Shown here: piece after piece, positions 1 through 12,268 of the stretch
Numbering within the stretch: the stretch's first letter is position 1
How the letters are laid out: every line of letters starts with the position of its first letter
NCBI GenBank assembly: GCA_951406725.2
Contig: OX597817.1
Coordinates: 62,001-126,000, forward strand
Direction: 5' to 3'
DNA: 64,000 nt
DNA from: Octopus vulgaris
Lineage: Eukaryota
Position numbers and translations under genes: made by a program
Notes under the pieces: model-generated
Seen by the model: only the letters and a program-made list of their open reading frames with translations
What the model was told of the DNA's origin: nothing
The model's database searches: none

Positions 1-88
1 ATGTCTCTCCATCTGTCTGTCTGTCTCTCTTTCTCACTCTTTCTTCATCCTCCCTCCCTCTCTCTGTGTCTCTCTCTCCTGCTCCATC

Positions 89-149
<61 letters not shown>

Positions 150-204
150 AGTGAATGGAATAAATGGAGTTGAACGAAGATTGTACAGAATACCTTTTAT
201 TACA

Positions 205-284
205 TTCTACACATGTTTTGAAGGCCACAAATTTCCAAATTCTGTTTAAATAAGGGTACCATATTGCGGCTTTCTCTTCAGGAA
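205..284 (-). ncRNA. Hammerhead copy in the inverted pLTR, core mutated (GAAA to AAAA)
   Basis: Reverse complement of 1655-1734, but reads CAAAAC instead of CGAAAC (G12A). Confidence 0.6.
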
Positions 285-449
285 AAAACAGGAATTCCGT
301 TGACAGGACAAATCAAAACAGATGCACAGCAATTCGAACGAAGATGCTCCTTAGGAGCCCATGGCTGAACTGTTTATCAATGTACGTTGAAATCGGGGAT
401 TTGGTGCGTTGAAGATATCTACAGGTCAGGCGGCGGTCAGATCTAGTCG

Positions 450-1073
450 GTGGAAGCAAGGGGTGTGGGGATGCTCTGTGTGACCAACACTAATGTTTCC
501 GGGAATAGCAGGTCTACGGATACTAGCAATTACAGCGCTCTCAGTGATAGGGAAGACACAGGGGTTGGTCCGTTAATTAATAATGAGGAATATAAAGTAG
601 TTAGCGGCCGCAGTTCTCACAATCAATATAGTAACAGTAACGCAGTTTTAATATCAGAAGCTAATCCCAATAGGATAAGGTTCTTGTCGAGTAACTCCAA
701 GATCAGAAATGCCATTTACCAATGCAAGATTTACACGGATTCAGATGTCTACTCGTATGTCGGGGCCTCAACGTCAAAATTGGCCTTGAGAATTTCGAAC
801 CATTTCGCAACTTTTCGCGACGTGAATAAATACCATGCTACGGGACTTAGCAAGCTTATATGGCGTTTGAAGAACGCGAATTCAGCTTTTAGGCTGGAAT
901 GGTCGATTTTGTCGGTGGCCCTCCCATTTGATAGGGGCAGAAGGCGATGCAATCTTTGTATCTCTGAGCTTTTCCACATATTGTTCGCCAGAGACCGGTT
1001 GGTGAATGGTCTTTTACAGTCGGCTTTTCGATGTCCCCATTGGAGGCGTCATACATATCTTACATATAAATGA
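450..1073 (+). CDS. PLE GIY-YIG endonuclease domain (no RT; N-terminus reads out of the inverted repeat)
   Basis: AIYQCKI...YVGAS...LALRISNH..F...TGLSKLIWRLK...W.I......CNLCISE..HIL matches the PLE GIY-YIG C-terminal pattern. The start at 450 is a GTG inside the inverted pLTR, so it is not a true start. Confidence 0.75.
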   Translation: MEARGVGMLCVTNTNVSGNSRSTDTSNYSALSDREDTGVGPLINNEEYKVVSGRSSHNQYSNSNAVLISEANPNRIRFLSSNSKIRNAIYQCKIYTDSDVYSYVGASTSKLALRISNHFATFRDVNKYHATGLSKLIWRLKNANSAFRLEWSILSVALPFDRGRRRCNLCISELFHILFARDRLVNGLLQSAFRCPHWRRHTYLTYK

Positions 1074-1654
1074 TACCTAAGACAATTAACACCTAGTTTC
1101 CCTACTAAAATGAAAATAATCTTTGGAAATAATTTTTGAAAAAGCTTTTTAAGAAATCTATGAATAACCCTTGCAAGGGGAAATTACTCCCATTAGGCGT
1201 GGAACTATATATGCCATTAGGATTCTTTGACGATGTTAAATTTTGACAAGCAGGCCGAGTCGAACACACGAACACAAAAAATTCTTTCAGCCGCTTGACT
1301 GGTTTTTTCAGCAGTGGTCATTTTGTAGCCCCCCTCGCCAGCACACGACCACGCACACATAGGCCATCACACACATACATGCTTATAGGAGGCTTTTGAC
1401 TCGCCCCCCAAAATACACCCAGTATTCTTAAATTTTTCAGAACATTAGTGTTGGTCACACAGAGCATCCCCACACCCCTTGCTTCCACCAACTAGATCTG
1501 ACCGCCGCCTGACCTGTAGATATCTTCAACGCACCAAATCCCCGATTTCAACGTACATTGATAAACAGTTCAGCCATGGGCTCCTAAGGAGCATCTTCGT
1601 TCGAATTGCTGTGCCTCTGTTTTGATTTGTCCTGTCAACGGAATTCCTGTTTTT

Positions 1655-1734
1655 TTCCTGAAGAGAAAGCCGCAATATGGTACCCTTATTTAAACAGAAT
1701 TTGGAAATTTGTGGCCTTCGAAACATGTGTAGAA
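1655..1734 (+). ncRNA. Type I hammerhead ribozyme in PLE pLTR
   Basis: ttc-CTGAAGA-GAAAGCCGCAA...TTGTGGCCTTC-GAAA-C-ATGT-GTA-gaa: intact core, long stem II, minimal near-palindromic stem III and a GUA cleavage triplet. Confidence 0.75.
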
Positions 1735-1937
1735 TGTAATAAAAGGTATTCTGTACAATCTTCGTTCAACTCCATTTATTCCATTCACTAATAATATTAA
1801 ACTTCAATTATCCGCCCCAACGCACGGTTGCAACACCAAATGGTCTTATCTCCAACCGTGCTGTTTTCCGCTGTGATTTTTGCTACCCAGGTTAAACCTT
1901 TGAATAATCTGTTACAAGAAAATTCATCTTTCTATTT

Positions 1938-2000
<63 letters not shown>

Positions 2001-2149
2001 AACATGTTTATTTGTCTATCTATCTGAGTATGTGTGTGTATATATATATCATTTGACTACAAAAGAGTCTTTCATGACAGCACCAGTTTACTGGCTGAAA
2101 AAAGTAAAAGATAAAAAATAAAAGATATATATATATATATATATATATA

Positions 2150-2556
2150 CTCTTTTACTCTTTTATTCTTTTACTTGTTTCAATCATGTGACTGTGGCCA
2201 TGCTGGAGCGCCACTTTTAGTCGAGCAAATCGACCCCAGGACTTATTCTTTGTAAGCTTAGTACATATTCTATCTGTCTCTTTTGCCGAACTGCTAAGTT
2301 ACGGGGACGTAAACACACCACCATCAGTTGTCAAACGATGGTGGGGGGGTACAAACACAAACACACACACACACATATATATATACATATATACAATGGT
2401 CTTCTTTCAGTTTCCATCTACCAAATCCACTCACAAGGCTTTGGTCGGCCCGAGGCTATAGTAGAAGACACTTGCCCAAGGTGCCACACAGTGAGATTGA
2501 ACCCATGACCATGTGGTTGGTAAGCAAGCCACTTACCACACGGCCACTCCTACGCC
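2150..2556 (-). mobile_element. tRNA-derived SINE (cephalopod OK-like family)
   Basis: tRNA-like head (ggagtggccgtgtggtaag...gggttcaatc), CORE-like ccttgggcaagtgt, internal microsatellite and tail ggcgctccagcatggccacagtc..gattgaaacaagtaaaag. Confidence 0.8.
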
Positions 2557-2579
2557 TATATACATATATATATATATAT

Positions 2580-2647
<68 letters not shown>

Positions 2648-2712
2648 GCAGGCAGGCAGACAGACAGGCAGACAGACAGATAGATAGATGCATGCATGCA
2701 TGCATACATACA

Positions 2713-2743
<31 letters not shown>

Positions 2744-3479
2744 CCATAATATCCCAGAAACAGCTGTAAGACTATATCTCTATCTCTTTCCTTATAAATG
2801 TCCTGAAAACTCCTCACAGCCTTGGCTTTGTTATCTCTTTTTGTCTGATATATATATATATATATATATTTTACATATATATTTATATTTATATATACGA
2901 TGATGATGATGATGATGATGATGATATATATGACCAGATATAGCTGTAACCAAGGATATACTACTTGAATACATAAAAGTATAACTGCATAAAATTTTTT
3001 AGTGTGACTTTTTTTTTCTAACTTATGGACAACTGACTGATATACATGTGTCTGTGTATCTGTGTGTGTGCATGCGTGTTTGTGTATGTGTGTGTATGTG
3101 CATGTTTGTGTTTGTGTGTGTGTGTTTGTGCGTGCAACTGTTGTTCCTGTTTGGATATATTATGAATGCTTTTGATTTTGTTGTTGTTTCACTGTACGTG
3201 TTGCTATTGCTGTTTCTATTTTTGCTGTTATTATTGTTAAAATCAATGCTATCTGATTTCCTGCTAGCAGCAATATGTAACTCAGATTTTTCTCAGATTG
3301 TATCGACTTCCCTACACTGATCAATTGACGCAACTCTATCCCAGCAACCCTGCAAACCATCAATTATTCACTGCAGATCTCTAATACATTTCCCACTGGA
3401 TTTAGAAACAGAGAGGCACATGTCCCATCTCCAGGTACTGAAAGTTGTCTGTCTCTACCAACTAATGTCCAAGATCCAG

Positions 3480-3685
3480 CAAGGTGGCGAGCTGGCAGAA
3501 ATGTTAGCATGCCAGGCGAAATGTTTAGTGGTATTTCGTGTCTTTACATTCTGGGTTCAAATTCTGCCGAGGTCAACTTTGCCTTTCATCCTTTCGGGGT
3601 TGATAAATTAAGTACCATTTATGTACTGGGGTTGATCTAATCAACTGGCCCTTCCCCCAAAATTTCAGATCTTATGCCAAACAAA
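3480..3685 (+). mobile_element. Second tRNA-derived SINE family (OR-like)
   Basis: ggcgagctggcagaaatgttagc...gggttcaaattctgccgaggtcaactttgcctttcatcctttcggggttgataaattaagtacca. Related copies at about 18510-18680, 29450-29625 (-) and 62098-62315. Confidence 0.7.
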
Positions 3686-4615
3686 GTAAATGATTTTAAA
3701 GGAGCCTGCCCTTACACTTTGGTTTTAGCAAATTTTTTTGTGTGTTTGTGTCTATGTTTTTTTTTACTGAATCAAGGGATGAGTAAATAGTCATTGTACC
3801 TAGTGTATCTCAGTTTTCAAATAACTGTGAAGACTAAAAAGGGTAGAATTAGAAAGGGTATACAGTTGCACTGCCAAAAAATGTCTCAGCCCATACTAGC
3901 ATGGATAACACATGTGAAAAAAAATGATGAAGATTATGTAGAGGATGATGATGGTTGTGATGATGATGATGATGATGATAATGGTGGTGGTTGTGGTTGT
4001 GCTGATGAGGATGATTGTGATGAGAATTATAAAGATGATGGTGATAACAACAACATCAACTATGATGTTGATGACTTCAATGAAAATGACAATAATGGTG
4101 ATAAGTATGATGTCGATGACAATGATGTTGGCTAAAACGTCATGCAGGTTTTTCTTGCATCTGTCCATGTTCTGAGTTCAATATGGATGTTTCTCTTTTG
4201 TCTCTGTCATCTTTCCGTCATACTTCAAAAATTTGCAAAGACCATCTCATTCAACATTGTTTTTTATTCTTTTGGGTGTTGATAAAAGAAGTTACCTGTC
4301 TAAAGCTGTGGATTAATAGAACAGTAAGAATACCAGACCAGATACCTGCTAGAAATTATCCTGGCTCTTTGCATTCTGAGTTTAAATCTTACCGTGGCCA
4401 GCTCGGATGATAAATTTTATCTGTCACTTGATTTCACATCACCACCACTACGCATCCAGTATGCTCTGTAAAGTGGTTGGTGTTAGGAAGGGCATCCAAC
4501 AATAGAAACCATGCCAAAAAAAGGACTGGAGCCTGATACAGCCCTCTGGTTTTCCAGTTTTCCAGCTCATATCAAACTGGTCAACCTATGCCAGTATGCA
4601 TGAAAAACATGTTAA

Positions 4616-4837
4616 CCCTTTTGTTACCATATTATTGTTGAGGTGCTCTGCATTTCTTTCAATTAATTTTAAATGTAACAAAGAATTTAGTAAAATAACT
4701 CAGTAATCATTAAGTTAGTGTTAGGAACATAAATTGTGGCTAAGGTTTGGTGGAAGATTTTAATTCAAGACTTATGAAAACAAGACATTTGTACTACAGA
4801 GCCAGAGGCGGTTTCAGCTGGGTTGGTATCAAATGGG
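4616..4837. mobile_element. piggyBac-like MITE inserted in an RTE-type tail repeat
   Basis: TTAA-CCCTTTTGTTACCA...TGGTATCAAATGGG-TCAA terminal inverted repeats with TTAA-like target site. It interrupts a tail repeat that resumes as (GAT)n. Confidence 0.55.
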
Positions 4838-5365
4838 TCAAATGATGATGATGGCAGTGATGACCTGGAATATTAGGTGCCTTGGCAGAGGAATTTTCTC
4901 TGTTGCAAGCATTTGTGTTAGGTCTTTGGTTGACTGGAATGAAATGATTGGATGTGATTGTTTGGACACTGGTGATTTTGCATAGCTAATAGGACATTAA
5001 GCCTACTTTGGTGATAGTATTTTTTGGTACTGGAGGCAAGCACAATGCTCTTTGGCACTGGAAACAAACACACACTCATGCACATGCATGCAGAAATATA
5101 CACATATAGATCTATCTATATATATATATATCTATCTCTTTATTTGTCTGTCTGTGTATAAGTCTGCATGCATATCAGCAATGTAACTACACATGTGCTG
5201 TTGGCAGTTTCTTTTCCATCTTTGGATTTTTCATTTTCTCTTTTCCGATGAAGAGCTAAGCTCGAAACATCAAACTCTCTCCTTTCACAGAGTGTCAAGC
5301 TAATTCATCTGTGATGCATGTCCTCACAATAATTTTTTTAATCATTTTTTCCATTTATTTGAATT

Positions 5366-5419
<54 letters not shown>

Positions 5420-5644
5420 ATATATATATATATATATATAGGGATGGCATTATTAAAATACCACCACAAGTGGTAAGCGAATTATCAGCCGTACAGGCAA
5501 ATTAATAAAATATATACATACAATATTAGATATGTACGTATATACACAAGGGTACTACATGAGTACCTATATCGCTATCATTAGTGATATAGGTACTCAT
5601 GTAGTACCCTTGAGTATATACGTACATATCTAATAGTGTATGTA

Positions 5645-5686
<42 letters not shown>

Positions 5687-5688
<2 letters not shown>

Positions 5689-5851
5689 CGCAGGAGTGGC
5701 TGTGTGGTAAGTAGCTTGCTCACCAACCACATGGTTCCGGGTTCAGTCCCACTGCGTGGCATCTTGGGCAAGTGTCTTCTGCTATAGCCCCGGGCCGACC
5801 AAAGCCTTGTGAGTGGATTTGGTAGACAGAAACTGAAAGAAGCCTGTCGTA

Positions 5852-5883
<32 letters not shown>

Positions 5884-6096
5884 AGTGTGTGTATATGTTT
5901 GTGTGTCTGTGTTTGTCCCCCTAGCATTGCTTGACAACCGATGCTGGTGTGTTTATGTCCCCATCACTTAGCGGTTCGGCAAAAGAGACCGATAGAATAA
6001 GTATTGGGCTTACAAAGTCCCGGGGTCGATTTGCTCAACTAAAGGCAGTGCTCCAGCATGGCTGCAGTCAAATGACTGAAACAAGTAAAAGAGTAT
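5687..6096 (+). mobile_element. tRNA-derived SINE (OK-like)
   Basis: gcgcaggagtggctgtgtggtaagtagcttgct...gggttcagtccc, central (TA)n, tail ctccagcatggctgcagtcaaatgactgaaacaagtaaaag. Confidence 0.85.
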
Positions 6097-7419
6097 ATAT
6101 AGACACACACACAAAGAGATAGAGAGACAGAATGGGGGACATTAAAACGTCTGATGTCAAATAAGCCAGTATTGAATTAGTGATGTAATATGGGCAGTAC
6201 CAAAACAGCTGTGCCAAAACATCTCATATCTTTGGTTGAAAATACCTTCTTCCTCCCACCACTAATTGGACGCTATCTAAACGATCGTGGGTACTGCATC
6301 CTTTCCACACTAAAAGATGAAAAGCAAAAAAAAAAAAAAAAGAATTAAAGACCTGCATAGTTAAATTTCCAACTGAAAAGTGAGATAATAAAGTGTAACC
6401 TTTTTATAGATTCCTTCTCAGAAGGTTCGAAGTGGAAGCTTGAGATTGGTGTCATTAACAAAGTATTTGAAAAAAGAAAAGAAAATGTAGTTCTACTTTG
6501 AGTTCACAAAATGAATGAAGTTTGAAAGCTTCATTGATACAAAATAATTGTATATAATTATGTTTATGTATTGGGAGGGCATTGATTTTGCACCAATGCA
6601 CAATTTCAAAACTAACCTTATGGCATGGCTTACTTAGTTCTTAAATCAATTACAATAAATTTCACTCATATATAAAAAGACCTGCTCTATCCTGTGGCGT
6701 AATTTACATAATTTCTTACCAGCACGACATTTCCTAGTTTCATGATGTAACTTAGATGTCTTTTGCAAGCAAAGTTTTATAGTGAAGTTTATACTCATAA
6801 ATTCACATTACTAAGATTAATACTTTTATAATCAGCAATAACTGCAATAGTAGGCCTGTAGATACAGCTTCACAAACACACTAATGTAAACTACCACATA
6901 CACACACATGTGCATGTGTGTATGTATATATACATATACATACAAATATGTGTGTATACATCATATATATATATATATATGTGTACACACAAAAATTATA
7001 TATATATTTATATGTATGTGTATGTATTTATATTGTGTTGATTATAATAAAACAGACATTACATAATACAGCTAATATTCATTGATTTGTCATAAAGCAA
7101 CATCTAGTAATTTTTACTACTGGATAATTGTATTTTTGTCTCATGTTCTAAGTTGCCTTAGCAACTCAGGACTGGGATGCTGTAATTATTGTCTCCTAGC
7201 GCCATTCTGCAAGTTTTCTGTTTCCACACAGCTTTATCAGTTGATGGAACATTTTGTTCTTGGGGAAAGATGTAAGAATTTTATATATTCATTTATTGGT
7301 AATGGAGGATGATGTCATTAAAGAGAGTGAAAAAGATAGAGGGAGGGAAATAAAGAGAGAGAAGAGACAGACATACATATAACCACACACACACGCGCGC
7401 GCGCGCACACACATACATA

Positions 7420-8015
7420 TAGCTCTTCCTGTCCTAAACGAACTTACTTATCCAGCTCAAATTCAGTCAAGCGGAAAATACACTCCCTAACTACGCGCTA
7501 AAAAGCTATTTAAAATATCCACATGACGTCTACTGACCAGCCTGAACAATAAGAATTTTCAACAACGCTATTTTTGAAAATTCTAAACATTCACGTGACC
7601 TCTCTATTATGAGCACATCCACGTGACCTCTTTATTATGACCAATAAGAAATTTTAGGCGCGACACTAGCCAAATTTTAACTTCTCTGGAGCCTTTTTTC
7701 TTACCCCAACACCAACATCCATTCAAACATTCACGTGACCCCTTCATAATGACCAATCAAAATTGTATTGACCATTGTCCACAAGAAATTTTTGGCACGA
7801 AACCAAGCAAATCTTAAACAACTCTGGAGCCTCTTTTTTCACATATAAGAGACAGCAAACCCAACATAAAGTCAGATAAGAGGAAAAATCTATCAGAAAG
7901 GAACTCTAATCTTTTGATAAGCATAACAAATGCGCAACCGGTAAAAAGAACTTTCACCTAATTAAATTACTTAAATTACTTAAATTATTTTGTCAGCATT
8001 TTCTTCATTTCCTTT
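7420..8015 (+). mobile_element. Probable PLE 3' UTR/pLTR remnant with degenerate hammerhead
   Basis: Internal repeats (aaacattcacgtgacc) and TTGATAA-GCAT..ATGC-GCAA-CCGG-TA at 7914-7943 resembling the 61022 motif. Ends in (TA)n. Confidence 0.4.
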
Positions 8016-8031
8016 TATATATATATATATG

Positions 8032-8072
<41 letters not shown>

Positions 8073-8075
<3 letters not shown>

Positions 8076-9395
8076 TGATAAATAAAAAATATATGCATAC
8101 ATACAAACATATATGTACGTACCTACATCTACATGTATATATACATGCATATATAAATAATTATACGTGAGTACAGGATGCATGTATATATACATGTAGA
8201 TGTAGGTACGTACATATATGTTTGTATGTATGCATATATTTTTATTTATCACCTTATTGTCTGACAGCGCCCCGCATCAGGTTCGTTCCGATTCGTCGTT
8301 TCGTTCCACCTCTTGGTTCCTGTTATTTTTATATTATTATTATATTTAAGATGCGGAATTCTCTCCCTTTGCTTTACCCTCTTCACTCTCTCTCCCTCCC
8401 ACTCCTCCTCTCTCCTCCTCTCTCTCTCAGCCGCGTGTCCCCCTCCTCCTTCCTTCTTCCTTACTGCCAGCTTATAAAATAAAATTTCTTTTACACGTTG
8501 CTCTTACTACTGAAAAGACTGCCTCCACAGTATCCTTTGTCTATGCCAAAAAAAAGGCTTTTTCGTTCGTCCTCTTGTGTGTTTGATTTCCTGTATCGTA
8601 TTCTCTTTTTATTTTCTCGTTTTGTAATTATTTGTATTTTTTGTACATGTATTTTTATTTCTGCAGTTTTATTGTTACGTCCTGTTCGTGTTCGTACTCA
8701 TTTTGCCCCGCTGCTTGGAATTTTATTTTAATTCTCTCGCAGGAAGGCCTAGTGGATTAGTGTTCTGTCTCTGCCTTCGAAACATGCTTGACTCTACTAG
8801 CGACAGCTGATGACGGGGGTTATTTCCTTGTGTAGCTCGTCCTGTAACTGTTTTTTTCGTTTTCTTGTTTTTTTGTTTTTTCGTTTTCTTGTTTTTTGTT
8901 TTTTTGTTTTTCCCGTTTCTACGTCTTATTGTGGTGTCCTATACTCACGTATAATTATTTATATATGCATGTATATATACATGTAGATGTAGGTTCGTAC
9001 ATATATGTTTGTATGTATGCATATATTTTTATTTATCACCTTATTGTATGACAGCGCCCCGCATCAGGTTCGTTCCGATTCGTCGTTTCGTTCCACCTCT
9101 TGGTTCCTGTTATTTTTATATTATTATATATATATATATGTACATATATATATATATGCCACTGTCTGACAGCGCCCCGCATCAGGTTCGTTCCGATTCG
9201 TCGTTTCGTTCCACCTCTTGGTTCCTGTTATTTTTATATTATTATATATATATATATGTACATATATATATATATGCCACTGTCTGACAGCGCCCCGCAT
9301 CAGGTTCGTTCCGATTCGTCGTTTCGTTCCACCTCTTGGTTCCTGTTATTTTTATATTATTATATATATATATATATGTACATATATATACATGC
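8073..9395 (+). repeat. Non-coding PLE-like unit with inverted + direct terminal repeats and a 118-bp tandem array
   Basis: 8073-8177 is the inverted copy of about 8936-9040. 8179-8345 repeats directly at about 8964-9130. The unit tgacagcgccccgcatcagg... starts at 9049, 9167 and 9285 (period 118). Confidence 0.7.
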
Positions 9396-10670
9396 CACTG
9401 GCACTGGTATCACAACTACAATTTCCATTTATGTTGATCGATTTCGATTTTCACTTGCCTCAATAGGTCCTCACAAGTAGAGTTTTGTGTCCCAAGAAGG
9501 AAAGGCATGCACAAGTGGACTGGCTACATCCCAGGTAGAGGCCACGAGTTATGGTCTCACTTGTCCTGCCGGGTCTTCTCATGCACAGCATATTTCCAAA
9601 GGTCTCGGTCATTAGTCATTTCCTCGGTGAGACCTAATGTTCGAAGGTTGTGCTTCACCACCTCGTCCCAGGTTTTCCTGGGTCTACCTCTTCCACAGGT
9701 TCCCTCAACCGCTAGGGTGTGGCACTTTTTCACACAACTATCTTCATCCAATTCTCGCCACATGTCCATACCAGTGAAAACGTCTCTCTTGCACACCACA
9801 ACTGATGCTTCTTAGGTCCAGCTTCTCTTTCAAGGTACTTACACTCTGTCGAGTATGAACACTGACATTACACATCCATTGGAGCATACTGGCTTCATTT
9901 CTTGCGAGCTTACGCATATCTTCAGCAGTCACAGCCCATGTTTCACTGCCATATTGCATGGCTATTCGTACACACGCATCATACAGTCTGCCTTTTACTC
10001 TGTGCGAGAGGCCTTTTGTCACCAGCAGAGGTAAGAGTTCTCTGAATTTTGCCCAGGCTATTCTTACTCTAGCAGTTACACTTTCAGCACACCTGCCCCC
10101 GCTACTGACTTGGTCACCTAGGTAACGGAAGCTATCAACTATTTCTAGTTTTTCTCCCTGGAATGTGGCGGAAGTTGGTCTCAGAGCATTTTCAGTGTTT
10201 ATTGCTCCTGAGCATCTGCCACATACAAAAACTATTTTCCTAGTTAGCCTTCCTTTGACATTGCTGCACCTCTTATGTGTCCATAGCTTACACTTGGTGC
10301 ATCTTATAGAGTTTCCACCTACACCTTTTCTACAGATCGAGCGGGGCCATCTAGCTGAAGGCGTTTGTGATTTGTCTACCTTCCTACTTACTAGGACTTT
10401 GGTTTTAGCTAGGTTGACTCTAAGGCCCTTCGATTCTAAACCTTGCTTCCTCACCTGAAACTTCTCCTCCAGTTCTGATAGAGACTCAGCAATTAGAGCA
10501 AGGTCATCAGCATAGAGGAGCTCCCAGGGGCATCCTGTCTTGAATTCCTCCGTTATTGCCTGGAGGACTATGATAAATAGGAGGGGGCTGCGGACTGAGC
10601 CTTGGTGGACCCCAAGCTCTACCCGAAATTCTTCACTGTACTCGTTGCCAACCCTCACCTTAATCAATGT
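9391..10670 (-). mobile_element. 5'-truncated RTE-clade LINE (RT C-terminal half + 3' UTR)
   Basis: GVHQGSVRSPLLF, LLYADDLAL, FRYLG, YGSETW, WYGHVAR and RGRGRPRKTW motifs (ORFs 9744-10694 and 9557-9799, frameshifted). The 3' UTR is shared with 55248-55730. Confidence 0.9.
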
Positions 10671-10699
10671 TGTTATCGTACAATGCCTGTGCAAGAAGA

Positions 10700-11160
10700 T
10701 TTTTTTTAAAGTGAGGAAAGGCTGTGCACCGAGTCAATCCCACTCACTAAGCAACAGCAGCCATAATCCGAAAAGAAGAACAAGTCAACATCATCGGTAA
10801 CCACTGAGCCGCAGGTTTTAAGTCGGAGTTATCCCAATTACCTGAGTTGCCTTCTCCAAGAAGGATACCCTAACAATGGCTAGGAGTCGTTCACTCTCAA
10901 TGGTTTAACTGCGCGATCGGGTATTCAATCCGATTATTTCTATGTCCCCGCGTATGATACAGCCTTAAGACATTTATCGGATGGCCGTTGACTCTCAAGA
11001 GTTCCTCCGCCCTTTGACGGGTTTTGTTTTTCATCCTGCAGGGTGTCCAATAAACACCCTCCTCACCAAGCGAGCTTGGTGGGGGTTGCTGGTTTAGTCG
11101 CCGACGACCCGACCATACAACAGGTTGTACTGGGTTACATGTTACCAGTAGCACTCGAAA
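10700..11160 (-). mobile_element. Probable RTE-type LINE 5' UTR fragment
   Basis: GC-richer non-coding block with ggagaaggcaactc...aaaacctgcgg, similar to RTE 5' UTR motifs. It abuts the RTE RT fragment. Confidence 0.35.
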
Positions 11161-12168
11161 TATGCATACATACATAATTGCATACATACATACATACATG
11201 CATACATACATACATACACACATACATACACGCATACATACATACGTACACACTCACATACATACATACATACATGCATACATACACACATACATACATA
11301 CATACATACACACATACATACACACATACATACACACATACATACACACACACATACATACATACATGCATACATACATACATACACACATATATACACA
11401 CATACATACATACATACATACATACACACATACATACATACATACACACATACATACATACATACACACATACATACGCACATACATGCATACACACATA
11501 CACACACATACATACATACATACATACATGCATACATACACACACACATACATACATACATACATACATGCATACATACATACATACACACACACACACA
11601 TACATACATACATACATACATACATACATACACACACACACATACATACATACATACATACATACATACATACATACATACATACGTACATACATACACA
11701 CATACATACACACATACATACACATACACATACATACATAGATACATACATACATACGCACACATACATACATACATACATACATACATACATACACACA
11801 CATACATACATACATACGTACACACATACATACATACATACACACACATACATACATACACACATACATACACACATACATGCACACATACATACACACA
11901 CACATACATACATACACACATACATACATACACACAAACATACATACATACGTACATACATACATACATACACACATACATACACACACACATACATACA
12001 TACATACATACATACATACATACATACATGCATGCATGCATGCATACATACATACATACATACATACATACATACATACATACATACATACATACATACA
12101 TACATACATACATACATGCATGCATGCATGCATACATACATACATACATACATACACACACATACACA
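11161..12168. repeat. About 1-kb (TACA)n/(CA)n microsatellite
   Basis: Direct inspection; it is the source of the spurious MYVC/HTYI ORFs. Confidence 0.98.
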
Positions 12169-12268
12169 CTTTGATACTTTGATACTTTGATAGGTTTCGG
12201 CCATTATTGGCCCAGGCCATGTCCAACTTATTATTGGCCCAGGCCATGTCCTGGTGAAGTCTTTCAAG

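Larger units (their letters stand above)
142..1943 (+). mobile_element. 5'-truncated Penelope-like retroelement (PLE) with inverted pseudo-LTR, inserted in (TA)n
   Basis: About 355-bp inverted repeat (142-497 vs 1441-1797) flanks a GIY-YIG ORF. The right copy extends about 145 nt further to a (TA)n tract. A hammerhead motif lies in the repeat. Inverted pLTR + GIY-YIG + HHR is the established PLE layout. Confidence 0.85.

Noticed and set aside
3794-4175. Asp-rich and Met-rich ORFs
   Set aside because: Degenerate (GAT)n simple repeat.
4865-5060. Minus-strand host exon after a tttccag acceptor
   Set aside because: Stops occur in all frames and there is no recognisable domain; insufficient support.
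5687-5765. tRNA genes at SINE heads
   Set aside because: A/B-box-like heads continue into SINE core and tail; no complete cloverleaf.
8743-8850. Type II hammerhead or SECIS element
   Set aside because: Stem I cannot form. There is no apical AA motif or GA quartet partner, and no upstream ORF with an in-frame UGA.
9040-9395. CRISPR-like repeat array
   Set aside because: The intervening segments are identical TA-rich sequence rather than unique spacers; eukaryotic context with no cas genes.
11135-12267. Long ORFs of MYVC/HTYI repeats (also at 16.8-17.2, 26.6, 31.1, 34.4 and 56.4 kb)
   Set aside because: Translations of stop-free microsatellites, not genes.
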